Shown: piece by piece, positions 36,327 through 45,396 of the stretch | Numbering within the stretch: position 1 is the stretch's first letter | How the letters are laid out: the number at the start of each line of letters is the position of its first letter | Origin: a virus | Taxonomy: Duplodnaviria; Caudoviricetes | Reading direction: 5' to 3' (one strand) | Length of the DNA stretch: 54,112 nucleotides | IMG/VR virus record: IMGVR_UViG_3300049008_000030 | Location: 1-54,112 of that record | Notes under the pieces: generated by a model | The model's input: the letters and a program-made list of their open reading frames with translations, nothing else | What the model was told of the DNA's origin: nothing | Database searches by the model: none | Position numbers and translations under genes: made by a program

Positions 36327-37880
36327 TTAAACTAGATTCTCTTCAGAAATATTAAATTCCGACATTAGATACACTAGATGCTTTTTTAGTGTTTTACCTC
36401 CGGTAGCTGGCGCACCTGAGTCAGTTGAATCAATGACAGGTAGTTTCCATTGGTCATGCAAGAGTCCTTGCAAGTTTGGATTACTGTTTGGGTTAAATAC
36501 TATATCGGCAAAGTCTTCTAGTGGCTTTACCTTTACTTTTAAGAGTAGATTTTTCTTAATCATCTCCTCCTTTTGTAATTGTAGGGAATAGTCTTGGATT
36601 ACTTTACTCTGCGATAGTACAGCTAGATGCTCTGCTTGGATCTGGGTTAGTTGTTGTTCTGCTTTCAGAACTTGAGCCATGTCGATAGGCATACCACAAA
36701 GTTCTTCCTGCATAATCACTTTAACGCCGGGTAGCATTAGTTGGTTGTATATTCTGTCCTGTTGATCGTTGATCATTACGGGTAGGTTCTTATTGAATAC
36801 GAACCATGTTGCAAGACAATCCAGTAGGTTATATCTCAAGAGTTTATCTTTAGGTATTCTACGAATATCCTTAATCTCTTCTTGAGCATAGTTACCTGTG
36901 AACTCTTGGCTATTCTCTTTTAAGCCTAGCACGTTACCTGCACAACTATTGGTAGCCAGATAGGTAATGATCTGGGTGCAATGCACATCTTTAGTCATTA
37001 CTCTTATGCCTTCAATCATGCCTGCTGTATCCAGCATGCTCTCCATGAATAACTCATAGGTAAGTATCTTGGCATCATAAGTAATTTTGTGATAGATGAG
37101 AGTACCTTCATAGCTTAGAAAGAACTTTTTCAGTAAATCTTTTACTTTTTGGTTATCTTGTTGATGACCGTACCAACCATCTACAGGTGGGTGCTTATTC
37201 TCTGTGTAGTCAACACCGAAGGCAATTCCTTCATGCTGATTCCAAGCAAAGGCTATAGAGCCTATACCTGCCTTATTAAAATCCAAGCTGAAAGCTTCGA
37301 TGTCACAAGTGAGGGCAGGGTATTGGTGCAGACTATCTAACGCTAAACGTATATCGTCCAATGTATCAGGGTAATTTTCATACTTGATAATGTTAGATCC
37401 TGGTTCAGAGTAAGTTCCTGTCCTCTCTGATCCAAGTACATCAATAGCGGTAGTGATGCTACTGAGCTTGGTTGGATCGTAATAGAGTGCTTGGTAGTTC
37501 AGGGTGATGGTTGCAGACATACCTTCAAAGCCTTTGTAGGTACATTCTGTTAAGTAACCAAACATCGGTGCTGCTTTCTTTGAGCCAGTCAGTACCTTGA
37601 AGTACTCAGCATCAGCTACCAGTAAATATTTTACACCTAGCTGTTGTGTAGCCTTAGCTAATGAGTCTAGGTAAGCTTTCGCTTGTTTAACTGTTACCTT
37701 GGCTTTACCACCGTAATCTAAAGAGAAGGCAATAATATCTGTTTCTAAATAGCCTTTGTCTATTAGTGGTTCTACATAATATTGCCATAGTTTTTCTTTG
37801 TTTAGTGCTGATGCCTTAATTAGTACAGCTATTTTATAGCTATACTGTTGAGGTGGTTGATGAAACACTAGATGGAACAT
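36327..37880 (-). CDS. DNA polymerase family A, N-terminal part (3'-5' exonuclease plus start of thumb)
   Basis: ExoI CDIEAFS, ExoII YHKITYD, ExoIII YNLLD; FNPNS...L..LL and T.SG.P.TG thumb motifs. Confidence 0.92.
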   Translation of the reverse strand: MFHLVFHQPPQQYSYKIAVLIKASALNKEKLWQYYVEPLIDKGYLETDIIAFSLDYGGKAKVTVKQAKAYLDSLAKATQQLGVKYLLVADAEYFKVLTGSKKAAPMFGYLTECTYKGFEGMSATITLNYQALYYDPTKLSSITTAIDVLGSERTGTYSEPGSNIIKYENYPDTLDDIRLALDSLHQYPALTCDIEAFSLDFNKAGIGSIAFAWNQHEGIAFGVDYTENKHPPVDGWYGHQQDNQKVKDLLKKFFLSYEGTLIYHKITYDAKILTYELFMESMLDTAGMIEGIRVMTKDVHCTQIITYLATNSCAGNVLGLKENSQEFTGNYAQEEIKDIRRIPKDKLLRYNLLDCLATWFVFNKNLPVMINDQQDRIYNQLMLPGVKVIMQEELCGMPIDMAQVLKAEQQLTQIQAEHLAVLSQSKVIQDYSLQLQKEEMIKKNLLLKVKVKPLEDFADIVFNPNSNPNLQGLLHDQWKLPVIDSTDSGAPATGGKTLKKHLVYLMSEFNISEENLV

Positions 37881-37896
37881 GGTCTGTACCTCTTTG

Positions 37897-38262
37897 TTAG
37901 TGCGTTTTAGTTAGTGCTTGTTCCTTCTCTAATCTATCGGCAACCAGTTTCGTGTAGCCAATAATGTCATGCCAGCTATCGTGGTAATCGGGATCACCAT
38001 TGAGGATGCGTCCTATCTTATGTGCAACCATCTCTAACGCCTCACGTTGATCATCGGCTAAAGTTAACCAGTTGTTGCTGGTAATCATTGCTGTTTTAAT
38101 GCCTTGAGTTATCGCTGCATGGCTTGTAAAGTTACCATATCTATTGCCACGTTCTGCTAGTGTATGGTCTATATCAGTTGTTTTTATGTCATTTTTCATA
38201 TTAGGCATTGTCAATAAGTTTATTGGGGGAAAGAGCATATCTGGCCACTTTAGGTAAGCCAT
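37897..38262 (-). CDS. DUF6378-like protein
   Basis: TL.ERG.RYG.F, EALEM..HKI.RILNGDP.Y.DSW.DI.GY..LV; start may be further downstream. Confidence 0.75.
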   Translation of the reverse strand: MAYLKWPDMLFPPINLLTMPNMKNDIKTTDIDHTLAERGNRYGNFTSHAAITQGIKTAMITSNNWLTLADDQREALEMVAHKIGRILNGDPDYHDSWHDIIGYTKLVADRLEKEQALTKTH

Positions 38263-38615
38263 TAGGATATGAGCATCTCAAGTATTTGTTGTTCCTTAAT
38301 GCTGATAATAACTTTCTCAGTTAAAACCATACTTTTCCTTACTAGGTCTGATGGTTCGTAGTAACCTAGATCAGCAAAGGTGTAGCCTAAGCCTGTAGCG
38401 ATGTCTTTTAGTTGTTCTGGGAGTAGATAAATAATATCTTCATCAGAACTACAAGCATTTAGTAAGTTACGTAGATCACTTAATAAACGCATCTTTATTT
38501 CAAATAGAGTATCTATGGCTTCTTGGTTAGTGGTTGTCTCACTTAATTTATCAGCATTAAAAAATAGGCTACCTATTAAAGCGGATAGCAGGTTAGACTT
38601 CAGTGTTGCATTCAT
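38262..38615 (-). CDS. Hypothetical protein
   Basis: 117 aa, AAGGGG RBS. Confidence 0.6.
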   Translation of the reverse strand: MNATLKSNLLSALIGSLFFNADKLSETTTNQEAIDTLFEIKMRLLSDLRNLLNACSSDEDIIYLLPEQLKDIATGLGYTFADLGYYEPSDLVRKSMVLTEKVIISIKEQQILEMLIS

Positions 38616-38662
38616 TTAGGCATCCCCTTATTAGTTACAAGAGATGCCGTAGGCATTCTCTG

Positions 38663-39139
38663 TTAGTGTGTTCCTGAGTGTCCGAAGCCACCACGCCCGT
38701 TATCTACAAAGTTATCTACAAGCTCAAACTCTGCTTTGATAACAGGTAGGAAAACCATTTGAGCAATACGATCACCTAACTCAATTTTGAAGGGTTCGCC
38801 TGTTTGGTTTCTGTTCCAGCAAGATATGAATATTTGCTGTTGGTAGTCTGAATCTATTAGCCCTATCAGATTACCTAAGACGATTCCGTTCTTATGACCT
38901 AAGCCAGAACGAGGTAGTAAGGTTGCTGCCATTGTGTCAGGCATATTTATAGCAATACCTGTTGGAATTATCATTGTCTCGCCAGGATAAATCTCGGTGT
39001 AGACCCGGTTACTTTCAAACATGGCTCTAAGATCAATTCCTGCTGCGCCTACTGTTGCATAATCAGGTAGTGGAAACATACCTTTTGCTGTTGTGTTACT
39101 CAGGCGTTGGTCTAAGATTTGTAGCTGTACTCTATTCAT
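38663..39139 (-). CDS. dut: dUTPase (trimeric)
   Basis: [38 protein letters not shown]; start set at MNRVQ, downstream of terminator hairpin. Confidence 0.93.
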   Translation of the reverse strand: MNRVQLQILDQRLSNTTAKGMFPLPDYATVGAAGIDLRAMFESNRVYTEIYPGETMIIPTGIAINMPDTMAATLLPRSGLGHKNGIVLGNLIGLIDSDYQQQIFISCWNRNQTGEPFKIELGDRIAQMVFLPVIKAEFELVDNFVDNGRGGFGHSGTH

Positions 39140-39153
39140 GGGGATATCCGTAT

Positions 39154-39182
39154 AAAAAAGTCCCCTAGAGTTATCTAGGGGA
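39154..39182 (-). terminator. Intrinsic terminator after nrdJb
   Basis: TCCCCTAGA/TCTAGGGGA stem then T-run on - strand. Confidence 0.7.
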
Positions 39183-39212
39183 TAGGGAGGCGTATGAGCT
39201 ACGCTAAAATAA

Positions 39213-39848
39213 TTAAGAACATTTACTATCACCACAGTTTAAGCAGGTATTACAACCATCTAAGATGACTACAGCTTTCGTACTGCAAGACTTGCATACC
39301 TGAGCATGGTCAGGGAACATATTAGGTTCAATGACTGTACCCTTAACTTTCTTACTGTTAATAGGCACAATGCTAGAAGCACCACTTTGTAGCGTATTTA
39401 AGAATATGCCAATAACGCAGCCTATCTCTTCTACGATTGATTTATAGTATTTACCTTTACCAGTTTCATGGCTTTTACCCCAGTAACCTTCAGTGTCGTA
39501 AACGGCTTTAAATTCTTCAACAATAAAGCTAACATCGTTACCTTTTCTAAACACTGCTGAGAGCGTTAACGCCATAGCATCCATCCACATTTTATGTTCT
39601 GGATTTTTGGTATTGAAGAATATTTCTCTAGGATAGAGTATGCCATCAATACATTGCGCATTTAGCGTGATGTATAAGGCATGTTTACTGTTTGCTGGTT
39701 TTAACTTAAAAGTTCTACCTATCAATATTGCTTCTCTTTCTATGAACTCGTTCATAGCAATGCTTTGTACAACTGGTTCGTTTGCTGCCGCTGTTCCCAG
39801 CTTAACACTGACGATCTTTGAGCTTATTTTTACGTTAGAATTTTCCAT
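39213..39848 (-). CDS. nrdJb: Class II ribonucleotide reductase C-terminal subunit (NrdJb-like)
   Basis: HALYIT.N, P.EIF.N.KN, SAVFRKG.DV.F.VEE.KAV.D, C..C...DGC.TCLNCG.SKC; start MENSN overlaps nrdJa stop. Confidence 0.85.
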   Translation of the reverse strand: MENSNVKISSKIVSVKLGTAAANEPVVQSIAMNEFIEREAILIGRTFKLKPANSKHALYITLNAQCIDGILYPREIFFNTKNPEHKMWMDAMALTLSAVFRKGNDVSFIVEEFKAVYDTEGYWGKSHETGKGKYYKSIVEEIGCVIGIFLNTLQSGASSIVPINSKKVKGTVIEPNMFPDHAQVCKSCSTKAVVILDGCNTCLNCGDSKCS

Positions 39849-41877
39849 AATATCCTTCTTTAATACTGTCGAATAGATTAGCAGCTGAATGAGTATCTCC
39901 GTCATAGTCGATAGTGGTATCACCCGCTACTGTTACTTCTTCGCCTGATTCTAGTACGAAAGTGTACTGAGTACTCTTTAGGTCTTCTTCTTTAACTAAG
40001 ACTCCTTGGAATACTTCAGGGTTGAAGCGGAAGGTCGTACAACCTTTAAGTCCCTTAGCAATAGCGTAATCATAAATGTCTTTGAAATCCTCGTAAGGCA
40101 TATCAGTTGGGACATTAATGGTTTTACTGATTGAGCTATCAATCCAGTATTGAGCAGCAGATTGAATATCAATATGGTGCTTTGGGTCGATCTCATCAGC
40201 ACCTTTAAAGTAATCAGGTAATGAACCAGGATTACTAGGATGAGCCGAAGGATCAAATAGATGTCTGTATAGTAGTAGCTCATAAGAAACTACTTCAAGG
40301 ACCTGTTTAGTACTCTTGCCTGCCTTAATCACATTCCTCATGTATGAGTGTGCAAAGCTAGGCTCAATACCATTACTGGCATTGTTACCTACGGATAAAG
40401 CCAATGTGCCTGTAGGAGCAATAGAGCTGTGATGCGTAAAGCGACAACCATGCTTAATAAACTCTTGCTTTAATTCTGGAGCCTCTTTCAGTATTCTTTG
40501 AATATGTACGCTTCTGGTAAACAGCACTGCACAAGGTATTGTAGTACCATCCGCATCCTTAAATTCTTCAGAGAATATAGGTGCTGCACCTTTTTCTTTG
40601 GCTAACTCTATTCCTGTTCTCCAGCCTTCAATCGCCAAAGTCTTGGTGATCTTATCTGTGAGGGCTACTGACTCAGGACTACCGTATACCATACCTAGCA
40701 TGGTCATAGCGGAGCCTAGACCCAGATAACCCATACCATGTCTACGTTTGCGTAGAATCTCATTGCGCTGTGCTTCCAGTGGTAGGTTATTCATATCTAC
40801 TACGTTATCGAGCATACGGGTAAATATGCTTACGACAGCACTAAACAGTTGAAAGTCAAAGGTAGCAGCATCAGTGAAAGGTTCACTAACAAATTTGGTT
40901 AAGTTGATAGATCCTAGTAGACAAGCACCGTTTGGGGGTAATGGCTGTTCACCGCATGGGTTGGTAGCACGGATGTCTTCACAGAAGTACAATGGATTTT
41001 CTTTATTGATTTTATCTATCAATAGAAATCCTGGCTCTGAGAAGGTGTAGGTAGACTGCATGATAATATCCCACAGTTCTACTGCCGGCATTGAGCCATA
41101 GATCTTACAGGCTACTTCACCCGCTTTATTTTTAAGGTAGTTAGTTAGATCACCAGGGAACTTTCTATAGACATACTCTTCTCTAGCATCGAAAGTTTTT
41201 CTTGTTACTGGGAAAGAGAATACCCATTCGGTATTGTTCTTTACTGCTTCAAGGAATTTATCGGTAATTAATAGAGAGATATTAAATTGTCGTAGCTTAC
41301 TGTCTTCTCGCTTGGCTTTAATGACATTTAATACATCTGGATGCTCCAGATCAAAGGTAGCCATCTGTGCGCCTCTACGTCCTCCTGCTGAGGCAATGGT
41401 AAAGCACATCTTATCGAATACATCCATAAATGGTATGGCTCCGGTAGTGGTAGCACCAACACCAGAAACCATTGCTCCGTTAGGTCTAATGGTACTAAAT
41501 TCGTAACCAATACCACAACCAGCTGAGAGAGTAATACCTGCATCACGTACACTTCCAAAGATGCCTTCAATAGAATCTTCTATGGTATCTGATACGGTAC
41601 AGTTAATTGAGGATGCACCGGGTTTATGTTCTTCAGCACCTAGATTAGATAAGGATCTACCTGCTGGAATAGCACCTACTCTTAATGCCCAAAGGAATTG
41701 GTTTTCCCAGTAGGCCTGACCGTTTTCAGTGCTGGCTAAGGCTTTAGCTACACGTTTGTAAGTATCATCTACAGTTAGATCAATCTTAACTCCTTCTTTA
41801 GTTTTTAGTTGATACTTGGTTTCCCAAGTGTCCAGCGAACCTAGTTGTAAGGGTAGTACTGTTTTTTGTTTACTCAT
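39835..41877 (-). CDS. nrdJa: Adenosylcobalamin-dependent ribonucleotide reductase (NrdJa-like)
   Basis: PAGR..SN.G, INCTVS, RRGAQM, TNPCGEQPL, IAPTGT, SISKT.N, GLKGCTTFR. Confidence 0.93.
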   Translation of the reverse strand: MSKQKTVLPLQLGSLDTWETKYQLKTKEGVKIDLTVDDTYKRVAKALASTENGQAYWENQFLWALRVGAIPAGRSLSNLGAEEHKPGASSINCTVSDTIEDSIEGIFGSVRDAGITLSAGCGIGYEFSTIRPNGAMVSGVGATTTGAIPFMDVFDKMCFTIASAGGRRGAQMATFDLEHPDVLNVIKAKREDSKLRQFNISLLITDKFLEAVKNNTEWVFSFPVTRKTFDAREEYVYRKFPGDLTNYLKNKAGEVACKIYGSMPAVELWDIIMQSTYTFSEPGFLLIDKINKENPLYFCEDIRATNPCGEQPLPPNGACLLGSINLTKFVSEPFTDAATFDFQLFSAVVSIFTRMLDNVVDMNNLPLEAQRNEILRKRRHGMGYLGLGSAMTMLGMVYGSPESVALTDKITKTLAIEGWRTGIELAKEKGAAPIFSEEFKDADGTTIPCAVLFTRSVHIQRILKEAPELKQEFIKHGCRFTHHSSIAPTGTLALSVGNNASNGIEPSFAHSYMRNVIKAGKSTKQVLEVVSYELLLYRHLFDPSAHPSNPGSLPDYFKGADEIDPKHHIDIQSAAQYWIDSSISKTINVPTDMPYEDFKDIYDYAIAKGLKGCTTFRFNPEVFQGVLVKEEDLKSTQYTFVLESGEEVTVAGDTTIDYDGDTHSAANLFDSIKEGYYGKF

Positions 41878-41965
41878 TGAGTAGTTTACCTGTGGTGGTT
41901 GGGGAGTCTAGCCATTAAACTGAGTGGCTAAGTAGTATATAGGCATTGGCTTACAAAGTTTAATT

Positions 41966-42196
41966 TTATTTTGTTGTTGCTTCTATTAAAGCAGCAAGTA
42001 TTGACGATTCTAAATCGCTAATGAATCCTGCTAATTCTGGTTCTAGGTAGCCCTCAAATGGTTCCCAGACAATTATTTCCAACTCATCTATCCAATCTTC
42101 ACCTGCATTTCTGTATTCCTCTGCGCTAACTTCATCACTAAGGAAATGCCCAAGGGCAGTCTCTAGTGCTATATCTTCTAAGGTTCTTTTAGTCAT
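41966..42196 (-). CDS. Acidic hypothetical protein
   Basis: 76 aa, VWEPFE motif. Confidence 0.6.
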   Translation of the reverse strand: MTKRTLEDIALETALGHFLSDEVSAEEYRNAGEDWIDELEIIVWEPFEGYLEPELAGFISDLESSILAALIEATTK

Positions 42197-42241
42197 GTGT
42201 ATTCTCTATTAAAATAATTATGGTATCCGTTAGGAATTAGC

Positions 42242-42250
42242 TGTTATACT
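42242..42250 (+). promoter_or_regulatory. Extended -10 promoter candidate
   Basis: TG-T-TATACT about 43 nt upstream of mini-gene. Confidence 0.5.
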
Positions 42251-42292
42251 AGCCCTGTAGTAAATTTCATTAATATAACTAAGGAAAATATC

Positions 42293-42358
42293 ATGGCTAT
42301 GGCTCCTAAAGGCAAAGGCGGTAGTGGTAAAGGTAAGGGCGGCGGTAAAGGTTGTTAA
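42293..42358 (+). CDS. 21-aa Lys/Gly peptide MAMAPKGKGGSGKGKGGGKGC
   Basis: Manual translation; TAAGGA RBS, upstream promoter candidate, downstream terminator. Confidence 0.65.
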   Translation: MAMAPKGKGGSGKGKGGGKGC

Positions 42359-42373
42359 TTAACCTTTAAGTAT

Positions 42374-42402
42374 AAAAAAAGGGAGCATATAGCTCCCTTT
42401 TT
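42374..42402. terminator. Bidirectional intrinsic terminator
   Basis: A7-GGGAGC-ATATA-GCTCCC-T5. Confidence 0.85.
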
Positions 42403-42426
42403 ATTGTTTGGTTAAATTTACTTAGT

Positions 42427-42786
42427 CTAGGGTAATTCAGCGTCAATCATTTTATCAATGAGTAATAAATTTTTAGCGTTTGCGTATTCAACCTCATGTC
42501 GCATAGCTTTAAGTGCAAGTATTTTTGTGGAGAATTGCTTTTTTCCTCCTTGTGATGCTGATGAATTTTTACTGTATATTCCGCTACCGTTTCTGCAATA
42601 GCCCGACCATGATTCACTAACTAGCATTGAATATCTATTAAAACTCCAACCCTGTACTATTTTGTCGTATTCAGTTGGTGGTAGCAAATCAGGTTCAATA
42701 GGGCTTGTCCACCTAAGTGCGGTCAAGGTTTCAGCTTTTAATATAAGCTTATCGAACTCAGCACGTTCTTTTTTAGTCATTGCCAT
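42427..42786 (-). CDS. Hypothetical phage protein
   Basis: 119 aa, AAGGA RBS; ALRWT....PD..PP and FSTK.LALKAMRH motifs. Confidence 0.7.
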   Translation of the reverse strand: MAMTKKERAEFDKLILKAETLTALRWTSPIEPDLLPPTEYDKIVQGWSFNRYSMLVSESWSGYCRNGSGIYSKNSSASQGGKKQFSTKILALKAMRHEVEYANAKNLLLIDKMIDAELP

Positions 42787-42941
42787 TATTTATCCTTATT
42801 CAGTCTTTCATAAATCCAGCGACAATCTTCATGTGAAATACTGAAGCCGTGTTTTTTACATACCTCTATTACTTCTTCAATAAAAGAATCTATTGCAGGT
42901 ACTTCTATATGTTTTTGTTTTTTTCCACTCCAGCGTTTCAT
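42786..42941 (-). CDS. 51-aa hypothetical protein
   Basis: Manual translation MKRWSGKKQKHIEVPAIDSFIEEVIEVCKKHGFSISHED...; ATGA overlap with integrase stop. Confidence 0.55.
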   Translation of the reverse strand: MKRWSGKKQKHIEVPAIDSFIEEVIEVCKKHGFSISHEDCRWIYERLNKDK

Positions 42942-43954
42942 ATATCTATATCCCTTGGGTTTAAGTTTGTGTAACGCTTAAGCGTATTCCAGTTCTCATG
43001 CAATGAGATTTGTTGTACTTCAACTATGCTGAGTTTCTTTTCAAATAGTATTGATACTGCGTGATGCCTTAAGTCATGGAAATGCAAACCAGTAATTCCT
43101 AGCATTTTACAGGATTGAGTAAAGTAAGCTCCCACTGTTTTACTGTTATAGGGGAAGATAAACTCACTTACTCTAGGTTGCCTTAATAGTATTTTGTAAG
43201 CTGTCCTTGGTAGTTTAGACATCTTGGATTTATTCTTAATGCGTGGATCTTTTAAGTTACGAACCAGTATGGTTCTATCTTCATTGTGTAGGTCCTCCCA
43301 GCGTAGTTGTACTATTTCTGATTGTCTTCTAGCAGAATAGATAGCGAACCACATTAAGTGGAGCATAGGGATATTTTGGTACTTATCATGTAAGTATCTG
43401 GATAGTTCCCATATCTCCTTTTTAGTAGGTCTTCGGGATCTGTGTTGTGCTTTAGCAATTAAGCCTTCTGAGTAGAGAATCTCTCTAGCAGTAGCGAATA
43501 TGGTTAAATCGGTATCAAGGTCTATGACACCTTTCATGGTTCGTAGTACTACGCCTAACCAAATGAGATCATTGGTAGCGGTTTGTGGTAAGCACTCTTT
43601 GTTCCTCTCACGAATATGTTGAATTAAGTCTTTATGAGTTAAGGTATGTACATTTAGTTTAGTTATGTCTCTTTTTAAGAGCTTGTTAATATCAAACCTT
43701 TTGCTTCTGCCCGATGGGCTAAAGTCTTTTAAGTATTGTTCTATGACACTACCCAGTGAAAGGTATTCACGTTTTTTATAGACTGTCTGTTCTTGTAGTT
43801 CAGTCTCTCTTCGCATACCCCAGTCTTTTGCTAGTTTTTGCTTATTGAAACTCTTCTTTTCACGATACACAACTGTACCATGTTTGCGTATCTTGATAGA
43901 ACAGTCGTAAACTATCTCACCGTTTGCCTTTATTCTTTTTACTATTGATGCCAT
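42938..43954 (-). CDS. int: Tyrosine integrase, dusA-associated type
   Basis: Catalytic set R (SARRQSEI), K (LKDPR), HxxR (HDLRH), H (SLHENW), Y (LKRYTN); start MASIVKR with GAGGA RBS (track start 43975). Confidence 0.93.
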   Translation of the reverse strand: MASIVKRIKANGEIVYDCSIKIRKHGTVVYREKKSFNKQKLAKDWGMRRETELQEQTVYKKREYLSLGSVIEQYLKDFSPSGRSKRFDINKLLKRDITKLNVHTLTHKDLIQHIRERNKECLPQTATNDLIWLGVVLRTMKGVIDLDTDLTIFATAREILYSEGLIAKAQHRSRRPTKKEIWELSRYLHDKYQNIPMLHLMWFAIYSARRQSEIVQLRWEDLHNEDRTILVRNLKDPRIKNKSKMSKLPRTAYKILLRQPRVSEFIFPYNSKTVGAYFTQSCKMLGITGLHFHDLRHHAVSILFEKKLSIVEVQQISLHENWNTLKRYTNLNPRDIDI

Positions 43955-43967
43955 GTTACTTTCCTCT

Positions 43968-44146
43968 GTCCCCATAAAATATCATGGGGACTCTGTGGGG
44001 ACAAATATAGTATTATTAACCAATAATAACTCCTTGGGAAGCCCCATGAACCATAATAAACCTGCACACCGCTTTAGTGTTGCACCGATGCTGGATTGGA
44101 CTGACAGTCGCTATTCTACTGGGCTGTAGCGTTTCATGGGGACTCT
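43968..44146. mobile_element. Putative attP with arm-type repeats
   Basis: TCATGGGGACTCT at 43982-43994 and 44134-44146; further TGGGGAC-like copies at 43968-43975 (inverted), 43996-44002 and 44041-44048 (inverted); contains dusA fragment. Confidence 0.82.
44046..44129 (+). pseudogene. dusA: Replacement 5' fragment of host tRNA-dihydrouridine synthase A
   Basis: Translates MNHNKPAHRFSVAPMLDWTD then diverges (SRYSTGL*); RFSVAPMLDWTD is the DusA N-terminal signature. Confidence 0.9.
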
Positions 44147-44372
44147 ATGCGCCCACACGCATTTTATCGAGGTAATTTGCTAGGTCGATGACATCAACTA
44201 GCCAAGGTGCTTTGTTACTTTTTACTGCTTTAAATGTTCTAAAGGGAATCAAACCTTTGTTGGCTTGATCCCTTGTGAAGTCCTCTGACCATCCGAAGTA
44301 TTTTGTTGTTACTTTCTTTAGTTCTATAAATCTTGCACTAAATTCAATCTTCAGGTCTTCTGCTGTTGTCAT
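44145..44372 (-). CDS. PrtN/pyocin-activator family protein, probable excisionase
   Basis: I.L..V...YFG, G.IPF..F....S.KAPWLV...DLA.YLD; abuts attP. Confidence 0.8.
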   Translation of the reverse strand: MTTAEDLKIEFSARFIELKKVTTKYFGWSEDFTRDQANKGLIPFRTFKAVKSNKAPWLVDVIDLANYLDKMRVGA

Positions 44373-44556
44373 TGTTTTTTGGCTCCGGCATATATAAGCT
44401 CATAGCTTCTTTTACTATGTGTGCCTCATTTTCATAGATGATATAGTTCCCTTCTTCATCCAAATACATTAGTAACAGTATATGGAATAGAAGATCATCT
44501 TTCTGTTTGAGTAGCTTTATATATTTTTTTCTTGAAAAGACGGCTTTACCTAGCAT
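44344..44556 (-). CDS. Hypothetical protein
   Basis: 70 aa, AGGAG RBS. Confidence 0.55.
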   Translation of the reverse strand: MLGKAVFSRKKYIKLLKQKDDLLFHILLLMYLDEEGNYIIYENEAHIVKEAMSLYMPEPKNNDNSRRPED

Positions 44557-44586
44557 AACAACTCCTAATAGTTATAAATTTATTAA

Positions 44587-44616
44587 GGTATATACTAGTC
44601 TCTATTTAACTATCAA
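44587..44616 (-). promoter_or_regulatory. Possible sigma70 promoter for the xis unit
   Basis: TTGATA then 16-18 nt then TATATA/TATACC on - strand. Confidence 0.35.
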
Positions 44617-44632
44617 GTTTGTGTATTTTTTT

Positions 44633-44908
44633 TTATAGGGATATTTCTAGGGTTACTTCTTGGTAAGATCTCATACCAAAACCTGTTACGTACTTAGTTT
44701 TGTAACCGTTTCGTACATGACCAGCAAACTTACGTTTTCTTCTACCAGCTCTGATTAAGTCTCTTATGGTTCCATTTATGCCAGGGTATCTTACTGTGGT
44801 AGTTAAACTAAAGTTTCCTCGGTCTACTTTGAACCAGGGACTTGTTAGTGTCCCCAGGTCCTCATCGGTTACTTCTTCTAGGTAATTTCTTATTACAAGT
44901 GTTTTCAT
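44633..44908 (-). CDS. Hypothetical basic protein
   Basis: 91-aa ORF in operon context. Confidence 0.55.
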   Translation of the reverse strand: MKTLVIRNYLEEVTDEDLGTLTSPWFKVDRGNFSLTTTVRYPGINGTIRDLIRAGRRKRKFAGHVRNGYKTKYVTGFGMRSYQEVTLEISL

Positions 44909-44938
44909 ATGTTATTTACTTCATTCATTAACAGTTTT

Positions 44939-45328
44939 CTACATCGGCTTTACATCTTTTCTACGGTACTCACAGACTTCAGACCATCTAGGGTGATTAT
45001 AAAGATTCCACCACACACTATCTTCTTCTTTTTTTACTTCCCATAATTTCCAAGGCTCTTTGGTTCCTAAAGCGTCTTCAGCGTATAAACACATTACTAT
45101 AGAGTGTGGGTGTCTTTTAGGTTCCACCACGTCATCAATATTAATATTCATTTGCTGGGCTTCGGATAATAACTCTTCATAGCTCATACTTTCAAAGTAG
45201 CCGTATTTATCGTCATAGTACATCTGGGCTAGTGTTTTTAAATCCACTTCGTTAGTAACTTTATCAGCCAGCTCGTGAATCAACTCTAGCCTTTTTTTCA
45301 TTAATCTTTCTATCTTTTCTTGAAACAT
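44939..45328 (-). CDS. Hypothetical protein
   Basis: 129 aa; C-terminal HPH...M..YA.DA..T..PW..WE...P.W....EYRRK module seen in phage proteins. Confidence 0.65.
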   Translation of the reverse strand: MFQEKIERLMKKRLELIHELADKVTNEVDLKTLAQMYYDDKYGYFESMSYEELLSEAQQMNINIDDVVEPKRHPHSIVMCLYAEDALGTKEPWKLWEVKKEEDSVWWNLYNHPRWSEVCEYRRKDVKPM

Positions 45329-45396
45329 AAGTTATTTCCTTTTATCTAGGGTAATAGTGTCTATATGAATTATGAATCAATCCATCGAAATTTACT

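Noticed and set aside
42786-42941. Apparent frameshift at an A-run after the integrase
   Set aside because: Recount gives A7, so the 51-aa ORF is in frame
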